From assembly GCF_000284115.1 (NCBI RefSeq), contig NC_017080.1, positions 2,460,001 through 2,492,000 on the forward strand: a stretch of 32,000 bases of DNA, written 5' to 3'. The notes beneath the pieces were generated by a model. It was not told the origin of the DNA and made no database searches. It worked only from the letters and a program-made list of their open reading frames with translations. The translations under genes were made by a program, and so were the position numbers. Positions 1-8,836 of this stretch are shown here, one piece after another (the stretch's first letter is position 1; every line of letters begins with the position of its first letter). Source of the stretch: Phycisphaera mikurensis NBRC 102666 (GTDB lineage: Bacteria; Planctomycetota; Phycisphaerae; Phycisphaerales; Phycisphaeraceae).

Positions 1-30
1 CGTACGGAGGGCCCGCGCCGCCGCGCAGCG

Positions 31-76
31 CCGCGGACCGCCGGCCCGGAGCCCCTCCGGGCGTCGCGGTCCGCGG
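31..76. repeat. 46-bp dyad element, copy A
   Basis: CCGCGGACCG-N26-CGGTCCGCGG; the inner part also has CCCGGA...TCCGGG. Lies upstream of the ferredoxin gene. Confidence 0.85.
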
Positions 77-145
77 AGCCCGACGCCGCCCGCCGCCCGT
101 CAAGTGTTTACACTGCCCCGCCCGCTCTTTGATCGAGGATCCACG

Positions 146-457
146 ATGCCCCAAGTCACCTACATCACCCCCGCGGGCGAGACCCGCGTCGTTGAAAACG
201 CCGAGGGAACGCTCATGAGCGCAGCCGTCGCGAACCAGGTCGAAGGCATCGACGGCGACTGCGGCGGCGTGTGCAGCTGCGCCACCTGCCACGTGCACGT
301 CGACCCGGCCTGGCAGGAGAAGGTCGGCCCCGCGACCGCCGCCGAGGAGGGCATGCTCGAGCTCGAGGACGAGGCCACCGAGGCCAGCCGCCTCGGCTGC
401 CAGGTGACGCTGACGCCGGAGCTCGACGGCCTCGTGGTGCGCGTGGTCGGCCGTTGA
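146..457 (+). CDS. 2Fe-2S ferredoxin, putidaredoxin/adrenodoxin type
   Basis: MPQVTYITPAG start; cysteine pattern GDCGGVCSCATC (C-x5-C-x2-C) followed by C-x36-C (RLGC). Start trimmed to the ATG at 146 from the longer ORF 104..457. Confidence 0.93.
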   Translation: MPQVTYITPAGETRVVENAEGTLMSAAVANQVEGIDGDCGGVCSCATCHVHVDPAWQEKVGPATAAEEGMLELEDEATEASRLGCQVTLTPELDGLVVRVVGR

Positions 458-1740
458 CCGCCGCCGCTCCCCACCTCGTCGTCGTCGGCGCCGGCCACGC
501 CGCCGCCCAGCTGTGCGCCTCGCTGCACGCCACCGATTGGCCCGGACGCGTCACCGTCGTCGGCGACGAGCCCGGCCTGCCGTACCACCGGCCGCCCCTG
601 TCGAAGGGCCGGCTGGATGCCGGCGAGCCCGGGGCCGCCGAAGCCGCCGGGGCCGACCTCATCCGCCCCGAGGCCTTCTACGACGACCACAACATCGCCC
701 GCCGCGAGAGCGTCGCCGTCGTCGCCATCGACCGCGCGGCGAAAGAGCTGACGCTGCGTGGCGGCGGCGAGGACGAGAGGCTCGGCTACGACCTGCTCGT
801 CCTCGCCACCGGCTCGCTGCACCGCCGCCCGCCGATCCCGGGCATCGACCACGAGCGGGTCCACACGCTGCGGACCGCGGCCGAGGCCGCGGCCGTCCGC
901 GATCGGCTCGGGCAGGCCTCCTCGGTGGTCGTCATCGGCGCCGGCTTCATCGGCCTCGAGGTCGCCGCCTCGCTCCGCAAGCGGGGCCTGGGCGTGACCG
1001 TCCTGGAGATGGCCGACCGCGTGCTCGCCCGCGTCACCTCCGAGGAGGTGTCCGCCTTCTTCGCCGACCTGCACCGCGGCCACGGCGTGGACCTCCGCCT
1101 CGGTGCCGGCGCCACCGCCATCGACGACCGTCTCGGCGGGCTGAGGGTCCGCCTCGGCGACGGCGACGCGATCGACGCCGACTTCGTCGTCGTCGGCGCC
1201 GGGGCCGCGGCCAACGACGCCCTCGCCCGCGACGCGGGGCTGGAGATCGGCGAGCGGCCATTCGGCGGCGTCGTCGTCGACGCCCACCAGCGAACCGCCG
1301 ACCCCGCCGTCTTCGCCATCGGCGACTGCTGCAACCAGCTGAGCCACCTCTACGGCCGCCGCATGCGGCTGGAGAGCGTGCAGAACGCCAACGACCAGGC
1401 GAAGACCGCCGCCGCCGCGATCGCCGGCACGCCGCGGCCGCACGTGTCGATGCCGTGGTTCTGGTCCGACCAGTACGACGTGAAGCTGCAGATCGCCGGC
1501 CTCTCCACCGGCCACGACCGCTGCGTCCTCCGCGGCGAGCCGGCGGTCGGGCAGTCCTTCTCCGCCTGGTACCTCCAGGGCGGGAAGCTGCTCGCCGTCG
1601 ACGCGGTGAACGACCCCCGCGCCTACGCCGTCGCGGGCAAGCTGATCCCGCACGGCCTCACGCCCGACCCGGCGCTGATCGCCGACACCTCGGCGGGTCC
1701 CAAAGACCTCATCGCTTCCGCCAAGGGCGCCTCCTCATGA
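454..1740 (+). CDS. FAD-dependent ferredoxin reductase (pyridine nucleotide-disulfide oxidoreductase family)
   Basis: Begins LTAAAPHLVVVGAGHAAAQLCASLH (FAD GxGxxA/G); second dinucleotide motif VVIGAGFIGLEVAASLRKRG; FAIGDCCNQ. TTG at 454 overlaps the ferredoxin stop. Confidence 0.9.
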   Translation: MTAAAPHLVVVGAGHAAAQLCASLHATDWPGRVTVVGDEPGLPYHRPPLSKGRLDAGEPGAAEAAGADLIRPEAFYDDHNIARRESVAVVAIDRAAKELTLRGGGEDERLGYDLLVLATGSLHRRPPIPGIDHERVHTLRTAAEAAAVRDRLGQASSVVVIGAGFIGLEVAASLRKRGLGVTVLEMADRVLARVTSEEVSAFFADLHRGHGVDLRLGAGATAIDDRLGGLRVRLGDGDAIDADFVVVGAGAAANDALARDAGLEIGERPFGGVVVDAHQRTADPAVFAIGDCCNQLSHLYGRRMRLESVQNANDQAKTAAAAIAGTPRPHVSMPWFWSDQYDVKLQIAGLSTGHDRCVLRGEPAVGQSFSAWYLQGGKLLAVDAVNDPRAYAVAGKLIPHGLTPDPALIADTSAGPKDLIASAKGASS

Positions 1741-2945
1741 GCGACGAACCCCACGCCCCGACCCCCGCCGGCTGCCCCCACGGCCGCGACCCCTTCAAAG
1801 CCGCCCGCGAAGCCGAGGGCGTCCAGCGGATGACCGCCGAGGGCGAGGAGATGCCGCTGGTGCTGCGCCTCCAGGACGTCCGCCGCGTCTGCAAGGACTG
1901 GAAGACCTTCAGCAACGACGACCCGCTGATGATCGTTCCCCACAGCGAGGAGAAGGTCCGCGACGTCCGCCAGCTGCCCATCGAGATCGACCCGCCGCAG
2001 CACACCGGCTACCGGAAGCTGGTCGAGCCGATGTTCCGCCGCCCGCAGGAACCTGAGTACCTCGCCGCCATGGAGGCGCTGGTGGCCGGCCACGTCGACG
2101 CGGCCCTCGCCGCCGGCGAGACCGAGGCGGTCCGCCGCTTCGCCCTGCCGCTGCAGTCCCGCGGGCTCGCGCTGCTGCTGGGCCTGCCGCTGGCCGAGGC
2201 CGAGCGGTGGATCGGCTGGGGCGTGCACGTCTACCACGACGGCGAGGACGAGGCCGGCATGATCGCCAAGGCCCGCGAGGTCGACACCTACTTCGCGGAA
2301 ACCTTCGCCCGTTCCACCGATCCCGACGCCGACGACTTCTTCAGCCACTTGAACCGCGTCGAGCACGAGGGCCGCCCGCTGACGCGGGAGGAGAAGCAGG
2401 GCTTCGCCCACATGGCCTTCGCCGGCGGCCGCGACACCGTCATCGGCACCGTGAGCGGCATCCTCGGCCACCTCTCCGAGCACCCCGAGGCCCTGGACTT
2501 CCTCCGCGACGATCCCGCCCGGATCGTCACCGCCACCGAGGAGTACGTGCGCTGGGTCAGCCCGCTGACCGCCATCGCCCGCCGCTGCCCCGCCGGGGCG
2601 GAGCTGCCCGGCGGGCTCGGCGTGAGCGTGCCCCCCGGCGGCCGCGTGGGCCTCTGCTGGCCCAGCGCCAACCGCGACGCCGCCGTCTTCGAAGCCGCCG
2701 ACGAGGTCGTCCTCGACCGCGCCCCCAACCCGCACGTCGGCTTCGGCTTCGGCGCTCACAACTGCCTCGGCCAGCACCAGGCCCGGGCCATCATCCGCAG
2801 CCTGCTCGCCGCGCTCTGCGAGAAGGTCGAGCGGATCGAGCGGATCTCCGCCGAGCCCCGCCTCGAGACCGAGTCCTCCTTCGTCCGCCAGGTCGGCTGG
2901 GACGAACTGCACGTCCGCTGGGTGCCCCGGCACAGCTCCGCCTGA
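1737..2945 (+). CDS. cytochrome P450
   Basis: Heme loop FGFGAHNCLG; I-helix AGGRDT; K-helix EYVR; ATGA overlap with the reductase gene. Confidence 0.95.
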   Translation: MSDEPHAPTPAGCPHGRDPFKAAREAEGVQRMTAEGEEMPLVLRLQDVRRVCKDWKTFSNDDPLMIVPHSEEKVRDVRQLPIEIDPPQHTGYRKLVEPMFRRPQEPEYLAAMEALVAGHVDAALAAGETEAVRRFALPLQSRGLALLLGLPLAEAERWIGWGVHVYHDGEDEAGMIAKAREVDTYFAETFARSTDPDADDFFSHLNRVEHEGRPLTREEKQGFAHMAFAGGRDTVIGTVSGILGHLSEHPEALDFLRDDPARIVTATEEYVRWVSPLTAIARRCPAGAELPGGLGVSVPPGGRVGLCWPSANRDAAVFEAADEVVLDRAPNPHVGFGFGAHNCLGQHQARAIIRSLLAALCEKVERIERISAEPRLETESSFVRQVGWDELHVRWVPRHSSA

Positions 2946-2974
2946 CCCCGCCGCGGCGTCGCGTCGCGGCCCCC

Positions 2975-3003
2975 TTGGCCGCAGCACGCCGCCGCTCTAT
3001 CAT
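2975..3003 (+). promoter_or_regulatory. candidate sigma70-type promoter upstream of the prepilin-like gene
   Basis: TTGGCC-N17-TATCAT in an unusually AT-rich patch; GGAG RBS-like sequence just before the ATG at 3099. Confidence 0.3.
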
Positions 3004-3098
3004 GTAAACAATCTTCTTCAGCCGATCGGACATCGATCGTCTTCCGGCGGCTCCTCTGCCTCGCACCTCCCCCGATCCCGTTCCTTCCGGAGTAACCC

Positions 3099-4001
3099 AT
3101 GCCCCGCCCCGCCGCCTCCCGGTCCCGCACCCGCGTTTCTGCCCCGCCCGCGGGCTTCACCTTGATCGAGCTGCTGGTCGTTATCAGCATCATCGCGCTG
3201 CTCATCGGCATCCTGCTGCCGGCCCTGGGGGCCGCCCGCCGCACCGCCCGGGTCACCGCCTGCGCCACGCAGGAGCAGCAGATCGGCCGCGCCATGGCGG
3301 CGTACCAGGCCGATTTCGATGACTACTACCCGGAGATGAGCGGGCCGCGGTCCGGCTACGGGGGGACGCAGGTCACCTGGGACGACCGCCTCGGCCAGGG
3401 CGGCTACGACGGCCGCGGCGTCGACTGGTTCGTCACCCCCACCGGCTTCAACGCCGTGGGCTTCATCCCCAACCCGACGGACACGCCGGAGGTTCCGCTG
3501 TATCGCTGCCCCCTGGACACCGAGTTCGAGCACGGCCCGCCCTTCCTGGTCGGGAACCCCCGGAGCTACTCGATCAACATCCTCAACGACAACAACGCCA
3601 ACCAGAACGGCGTGGCGGGCCTGGACGTGAACAACAACTCCAAGTCCATCCGGGTGGACGCGGTCGGCGAGATCTCGCAGACCATCGTCATCGCCGAGAA
3701 CCTCGCCTTCAACCCCGCCACCGGCCGGGCCGAGAACACGCTGGGCGGAGGCAACGTGTTCGGTGCCTTCGGCGTGGGCGTGACCCCCTACACGCACGAT
3801 CCCAGCGCGGCCGCCGGCTACTCGCCGCGGGCCCTCGCCCACCACGGCACCGGCACCGAGTCCGCCACGGTCAACACGAGCTTCAGCTCGAACTACCTGT
3901 TCGGCGACGGCCACGTCGAGACGCTGGACAACGGCCAGACCTTGCGGAACGCCCCGGCGGCCTTCAACTACCAGGAGACGCTCTGGGACGCGTCCCGCTG
4001 A
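3099..4001 (+). CDS. type II secretion/prepilin-like protein with N-terminal methylation motif (DUF1559-like)
   Basis: [29 protein letters not shown] at N-terminus; C-terminal [14 protein letters not shown]. Confidence 0.88.
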   Translation: MPRPAASRSRTRVSAPPAGFTLIELLVVISIIALLIGILLPALGAARRTARVTACATQEQQIGRAMAAYQADFDDYYPEMSGPRSGYGGTQVTWDDRLGQGGYDGRGVDWFVTPTGFNAVGFIPNPTDTPEVPLYRCPLDTEFEHGPPFLVGNPRSYSINILNDNNANQNGVAGLDVNNNSKSIRVDAVGEISQTIVIAENLAFNPATGRAENTLGGGNVFGAFGVGVTPYTHDPSAAAGYSPRALAHHGTGTESATVNTSFSSNYLFGDGHVETLDNGQTLRNAPAAFNYQETLWDASR

Positions 4002-4077
4002 GTCGCCGCCCCCGGCGCTCCCCCTCCCGCAACCCCCGCCTTCCCGGGGCCTTCCCCGCAAGCCAAGGACGTTCCGC

Positions 4078-4656
4078 ATGCCCGACGATGAACGCAAGCC
4101 CGAGCTGCTCAAGCTCGTGGCCGGGGTGGCGATCACGCTCGTCGCCCTGGCCGTCATCCTCTACCAGGTGCTGCCGGGGTCGAGCCCGCTGACGCAGGAC
4201 AAGTGGATGTTCGACCTCGCCAGCGGCAAGCTCGTCCGCGCTCCCGCCAGCGAGATCGCCCCGATCGACGGCGACGGGACCTTCGACTACCCCGGCCTGG
4301 GCCCGGGCCCGTCGGTGGTGGACGCCAGCGTCTTCACCTGCGGCGACCCCGCCGACATCCGGGCCGGCATGACCGCCGCGGAGCTCGAGGCCGTCGGCGC
4401 CCGGATCGGCTTTCTTACCCGCTTGACGCCGCAGTCCAAGCGGGCGATGGAGGCGGCCATGCGGGCCTCCGACGCGCAGCGGGATGGCGATGCCGGCCCG
4501 GACGGCGGCACCGGCGGCACCGCCACGACTGTGCTCTCCGCCCTCGATGGCCGGCGGTGGGTGGGCGAGCTCAGCCCGCCGGCGATGCAGATCCGGGCCG
4601 CCGCGAGCCAGCCCTGCGGGGACGAATCCCCCCCGAAGCTGACCCGCCCGTCCTGA
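4078..4656 (+). CDS. hypothetical single-pass membrane-anchored protein
   Basis: Open frame with N-terminal TM helix LLKLVAGVAITLVALAVILYQVL; same strand, 76 nt after the prepilin-like gene. Confidence 0.65.
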   Translation: MPDDERKPELLKLVAGVAITLVALAVILYQVLPGSSPLTQDKWMFDLASGKLVRAPASEIAPIDGDGTFDYPGLGPGPSVVDASVFTCGDPADIRAGMTAAELEAVGARIGFLTRLTPQSKRAMEAAMRASDAQRDGDAGPDGGTGGTATTVLSALDGRRWVGELSPPAMQIRAAASQPCGDESPPKLTRPS

Positions 4657-4670
4657 CGCCGGACCGCCAG

Positions 4671-4716
4671 CCGCGGACCGTCGTCAGCCGGTAACGTTTC
4701 CACCCGCGGTCCGCGG
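4671..4716. repeat. 46-bp dyad element, copy B
   Basis: Perfect arms CCGCGGACCG and CGGTCCGCGG, 26-nt interior, 14 nt after the stop at 4656. Confidence 0.85.
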
Positions 4717-4790
4717 CGGCTCGCTCCCGCGGGCCTTCGCCGCCTGCGGGCGCCATCGCGCCACCGCCCGCACCCGCCACGCCGAACCCC

Positions 4791-5936
4791 ATGCTCCCGG
4801 CTCCGATCGACGCTCACGAAACCTTCTCCGCCCTGGTCGCCGACGGCCGCGGCGGCCACGCCGTCCGCACGATTGAGGTCGGCCCGCCCGGGCCCGGCGA
4901 GCTGGCGGTGGACCTCCGCGCCTCGGGCATCTGCCACACCGACTTCGACTCCCTCTCCTGGGGCCACCCCCACGTGATGGGGCACGAGGGCGCCGGCGTG
5001 GTGGCCGCGGCGGGCGAGGGCGTCACCGGCTTCGCCCCCGGCGACCGCGTGCTGCTGAACTGGGCGGTGCCCTGCCTCGCCTGTGGGGCGTGCCGCCACG
5101 GCCACCGCAACCTCTGCGAGCGGCAGAACCCGGCGACCACCCCGCCGGGCTCGCCGACCACCGGCGCCGCCCACGCCGCAGCGACCCGCCTCGGCGGGGA
5201 GCCGCTCGAGCGGTCGTTCCACCTGGGCACGATGAGCGGGCGGACGGTCGTGCGGGAGGCCGCGGCGGTCCGCATCCCCGACGGCCACGACATCTCCTGG
5301 GGCGCCGCCTGCATCATCGGCTGCGGCGTGATGACCGGCTTCGGCTCGGCGGTGAAGGCCGGCGAGGTCCGAGCCGGCGACCGCTGCGTGGTGCTCGGCT
5401 GCGGCGGCGTCGGCCTCTCCGCGGTGCAGGGCTGCCGCATCGCGGGCGCCTCCCGCGTCGTCGCCGTCGACCTCTTCGACGCCCGCCTGGAGATGGCACG
5501 GGCCTTCGGGGCCACCGACACGATCCGCGCCGAGCGCGACGACGCCGGCCTCGCCGGCGTCGCGGCGCAGGTCCGCGCGCTCTTCGCCGGCGAGGGCGCC
5601 GACGTCGCCGTGGAATGCACCGCCGTGCCGGCGCTGGGCGCCGCGCCGCTGGCGATGGTCCGCAACGGCGGCACGGCCGTGCAGGCGTCCGGCATCGAGG
5701 AAGAGATCACCGTCGACATGCGCCTCTTCGAGTGGGACAAGACCTACCGCAATCCGCTCTACGGCGGCTGCGACCCCGCCGTCGACCTGCCCCGGCTGCT
5801 GGAGCTGCACCGCGGCGGCAAGCTGCTGCTCGAGGAGATGGTCAGCCGGTCCTACGCGCTGGAGGAGCTGGACGAAGCCTTCGCCGACATGCGTTCGGGC
5901 GCCATCGCCAAGGGCGTCATCCTCTTCGGCGACTGA
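4791..5936 (+). CDS. zinc-dependent alcohol dehydrogenase (class III/AdhC-like MDR)
   Basis: SGICHTDF, GHEGAGVV, structural zinc motif CLACGACRHGHRNLC, and GCGGVGLSAVQG nucleotide-binding motif. Confidence 0.92.
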   Translation: MLPAPIDAHETFSALVADGRGGHAVRTIEVGPPGPGELAVDLRASGICHTDFDSLSWGHPHVMGHEGAGVVAAAGEGVTGFAPGDRVLLNWAVPCLACGACRHGHRNLCERQNPATTPPGSPTTGAAHAAATRLGGEPLERSFHLGTMSGRTVVREAAAVRIPDGHDISWGAACIIGCGVMTGFGSAVKAGEVRAGDRCVVLGCGGVGLSAVQGCRIAGASRVVAVDLFDARLEMARAFGATDTIRAERDDAGLAGVAAQVRALFAGEGADVAVECTAVPALGAAPLAMVRNGGTAVQASGIEEEITVDMRLFEWDKTYRNPLYGGCDPAVDLPRLLELHRGGKLLLEEMVSRSYALEELDEAFADMRSGAIAKGVILFGD

Positions 5937-5947
5937 CGCCCACGACC

Positions 5948-6754
5948 ATGCCGCCCTTCCGAACCCTCGAGCTCTCCGACCCCGCCTTCGAAACGGACCA
6001 CCTCCGCCGGGTCACGGTCAAGACGCCGAACCTCGGCGGCCGCGGCGACCTCACGGTGTTCGTTCCACCGGGCACCGCGCCGGAGGAGAAGCTGCCGGTG
6101 GTCACGCTGCTGCACGGCGTGTACGGCAGCCACTGGTGCTGGTCGGCCAAGGCCGGCGTGCACCGCACCGCCGCGGCGATGATCGCCTCGGGCGAGCTGC
6201 CGCCGCTGCTGATCGCGATGCCCGGCGACGGCGGCCGCTTTGATGGCACCGGCTACCGCCGCCACCGCGACGCCGACTACGGCGCCTGGATCGTCGAGGA
6301 CGTCCCCGCGGCGCTGATCCAGGCCGGGCTGCCCGCCGGTGCCGAGGCCCCCCGCTTTCTCGCCGGCCTGTCGATGGGCGGGTACGGCGCTCTCCGCCTG
6401 GGTGCCATGCACCCCGACCGCTTCGCCGGCTTCGCCGGCCACTCCTCGATCACCCGCTTCGAGGAGCTCGGCGGCTTCGTGGAGGAAGACCTCGACGCCT
6501 ACGACCTCGTCGACGGCGACCCGCACGCCATCGACGCCCTGCTCCGCAACCGCGACCGCCTGCCGCCCTTCCGCTTCGACTGCGGCGTCGACGACCCGCT
6601 GATCGACGGCAACCGCCGCCTGCACCGGGAGCTCGACGCAGCCGGCATCGCCCACGGCTACGCCGAGCACCCCGGCGGCCACGAATGGCCGTACTGGCAG
6701 CGGCACGTGAGCGACACGCTGCGCTTCTTCGGCGGCATCCTCCGCGGGGCCTGA
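5948..6754 (+). CDS. alpha/beta hydrolase, esterase D / S-formylglutathione hydrolase-like
   Basis: LLHGVYGSHWCW; nucleophile elbow GLSMGGYGALRLG; GGHEWPYW near the C-terminus; starts 12 nt after the dehydrogenase gene. Confidence 0.85.
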   Translation: MPPFRTLELSDPAFETDHLRRVTVKTPNLGGRGDLTVFVPPGTAPEEKLPVVTLLHGVYGSHWCWSAKAGVHRTAAAMIASGELPPLLIAMPGDGGRFDGTGYRRHRDADYGAWIVEDVPAALIQAGLPAGAEAPRFLAGLSMGGYGALRLGAMHPDRFAGFAGHSSITRFEELGGFVEEDLDAYDLVDGDPHAIDALLRNRDRLPPFRFDCGVDDPLIDGNRRLHRELDAAGIAHGYAEHPGGHEWPYWQRHVSDTLRFFGGILRGA

Positions 6755-6778
6755 AGCCCGACGCGCCGCCGCGGCGCG

Positions 6779-7609
6779 TCAACCGCCGTCGGCGTGCGGC
6801 GGAACGCCCATCACGTGGAACCCGCCGTCGACGTGGATGGTTTCGCCGGTGACGCCGCTGGAGAGGTCGCTGAGCAGGTAGACCGCGGTGTCGCCGACCT
6901 CCTCGCCGGTGTTGCACCGCTTCATCGGGGCGGTGTGCTCCTGGTACGCGATCATCTTGTCCATGCCGCCCACGCCGGCCCCGGCGAGCGTCTTGAAGGG
7001 TCCGGCGGAGATCGAGTTGACGCGGACGTTGCGGTCGGGCTGCCCCAGCTCCGCGGCGAGGTAGCGCGTCGTGTGCTCCAGGCACGCCTTCGCGACGCCC
7101 ATCACGTTGTAGCCGGGCGCGACCTTCTCGCCGCCGTAGTAGCTCATGTTCACCAGGGCGCCGCCGGGCCGGGCCTTCTCTGCGGTCGTCCGCTGCATGA
7201 GCGGCAACGCCCGCTGGGCCATCGCCAGCAGCGTGTACGCGGACGTGTCCATCGCGGCGGTGAAGACGCTGCGCGGCGTGGTGTGGAAGGTGTCGGGCTT
7301 GAGGTAATCCCGATCGGCGAAGGCGATCGAGTGCACGACGGCGTCGAGGCGGTCGTGGTCCTTGCCGTACCGGTCGAAGACCCGGTCGAGGCTCTCGTCG
7401 CTGTTGGCGTCGCACTCGACCAGCCACGGATCGCTCACGCCGAGGCTCTCGCAGGCCTTCTTCACGCGGTGCTCCATCTTGCCCATCGGCAGGTAGGTGA
7501 AGCCCAGTTCCGCCCCGTGGGCGATCAGCTGCTTGGCGATGAAGTAGGCGTAGGAGCGCTCGTTGGCGATCCCGAAGATGAGGCCCTTGTGGCCGGAGAG
7601 CAGACCCAT
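6779..7609 (-). CDS. fabI: enoyl-[acyl-carrier-protein] reductase (SDR type)
   Basis: MGLLSGHKGLIFGIANERSYAYFIAKQL; Y-x6-K (YNVMGVAK); SISAGPFKTLAGAGV. Start trimmed from 7696 to the ATG at 7609. Confidence 0.93.
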   Translation of the reverse strand: MGLLSGHKGLIFGIANERSYAYFIAKQLIAHGAELGFTYLPMGKMEHRVKKACESLGVSDPWLVECDANSDESLDRVFDRYGKDHDRLDAVVHSIAFADRDYLKPDTFHTTPRSVFTAAMDTSAYTLLAMAQRALPLMQRTTAEKARPGGALVNMSYYGGEKVAPGYNVMGVAKACLEHTTRYLAAELGQPDRNVRVNSISAGPFKTLAGAGVGGMDKMIAYQEHTAPMKRCNTGEEVGDTAVYLLSDLSSGVTGETIHVDGGFHVMGVPPHADGG

Positions 7610-7764
7610 TCGGTGCGTCCTTGTCGACTGCCGCCTGGCGGCGGGGTGGCGGGGAAGAGAGGCGGGCAGGCTACCGGGCCCGGCCCGGGGCGTCACGCCG
7701 CCGGCGAGCCGCGCCGCGGGGAGAAGCGACGCCCGGCGCTCCCACCGGCTCGGCTCTGCCGGTC

Positions 7765-8709
7765 TCAGCGCTCCGCGGGAGAGGCGGCGAGGCGAGGGTC
7801 CAGGAGGACGACCTCGGCTTCGGCCCGCAGCGCGCGGGCGGCCTGCTCCATCCTCAGCCGTTCGAGGTCGGCCCGGACGGCGCCGCGGACCGCCGCCTCT
7901 TCCTCGGCGAAGAGTGCACCGTCCGCGGGCAGCACCTCCTCGAGCCGGATCAGGGCGTAGCCGAACCCCGCCCCCAGCGCGACGGGGTTGCTGACCTCAC
8001 CGGGCGCCAGGCTCTGCACGGCGGAGCGGACGGCGGCGGGGAAGGTGGCGTCGTCGGGGTGGATCGGCGGCAGCAGGCCGCCGGCGGCGCGGCTCGCGTC
8101 GGTGGAGTGCTCGGAAGCGAGCGTCGCGAACGGCTCGCCGGCGACCGCACGCTCCCGGAGTGTCTGCGCCTCGGCGGCCGTGGCGACCGAGAGGAGGCGC
8201 GCCCGGTAGCGCCGGCCGTGCGACCGCTCGAAAGCGCGTCGCACCGCGGCGTCGTCCACCACGACCTCCCCCGCGACGAGCTTGCGCAGGCCGGCGTTGC
8301 GGCGCAGCAGCGCCGCGAAGCGGACCGGGCCCAGCCCCCGCCGCTCCCGCAGCGTGGCGAGCAGACGCTCCGCGGCGTCGGGATCGTTAGACAGCGCCGC
8401 CAGGAGGCGCTCCCGCTCGGCCCCGAGGTCCTCCGCGGCGAGCGCCTCGCCACGCGATCGGAGCTGCGCGTCGATGAGCCGGCCGAGCGCGATCTCCTCG
8501 AGAACGGCGGGCCCGGCGGCCTCCACCAGCCGGTCGTTCAGCTCCGCCGCCGTCACCGGCTCGGCGGCGACGAAGGCGACGGCCGCGGCGGCGGGGACCG
8601 CGGCCGCGGCCGCCGCCGGCGGCCGACCCTCTCGGGCGCATCCGCCCGAGGCGGCGGCGACCGCCGCGAGGCCAAAGATCCACGCGGGGGCGGAGCGGGA
8701 GCGGGTCAT
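7765..8709 (-). CDS. PpiC/SurA-like parvulin peptidyl-prolyl isomerase, probable lipoprotein
   Basis: Signal-like N-terminus ending SGGC; ARLLSVATAAEA...FATLASEHSTDASRAAGGLL, typical of the parvulin domain. Confidence 0.78.
   Translation of the reverse strand: MTRSRSAPAWIFGLAAVAAASGGCAREGRPPAAAAAAVPAAAAVAFVAAEPVTAAELNDRLVEAAGPAVLEEIALGRLIDAQLRSRGEALAAEDLGAERERLLAALSNDPDAAERLLATLRERRGLGPVRFAALLRRNAGLRKLVAGEVVVDDAAVRRAFERSHGRRYRARLLSVATAAEAQTLRERAVAGEPFATLASEHSTDASRAAGGLLPPIHPDDATFPAAVRSAVQSLAPGEVSNPVALGAGFGYALIRLEEVLPADGALFAEEEAAVRGAVRADLERLRMEQAARALRAEAEVVLLDPRLAASPAER
7883..7928. repeat. 46-bp dyad element, degenerate copy I (inside the PpiC-like gene)
   Basis: Left arm exact CCGCGGACCG, right arm CCGTCCGCGG (one mismatch), total length exactly 46 nt. 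Confidence 0.5.
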
Positions 8710-8836
8710 CGCGGCACGCTAGAGCATCGTGGTCGATCTTCTCTTCGGCCTGCGCCCGCGGAGGCGACCAGGAAGGGGAACGCGGTGCAACCCCCGCCGC
8801 GGGGCGCGCCCGGCCGCCCGTACGCTGCCCCGGCCG

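Noticed and set aside
868-913. CTGCGGACCG in the reductase gene (and the similar 29777..29786) as 46-bp element arms.
   Set aside because: No right arm at the required distance; both encode Leu-Arg-Thr-Ala in GC-rich coding DNA.
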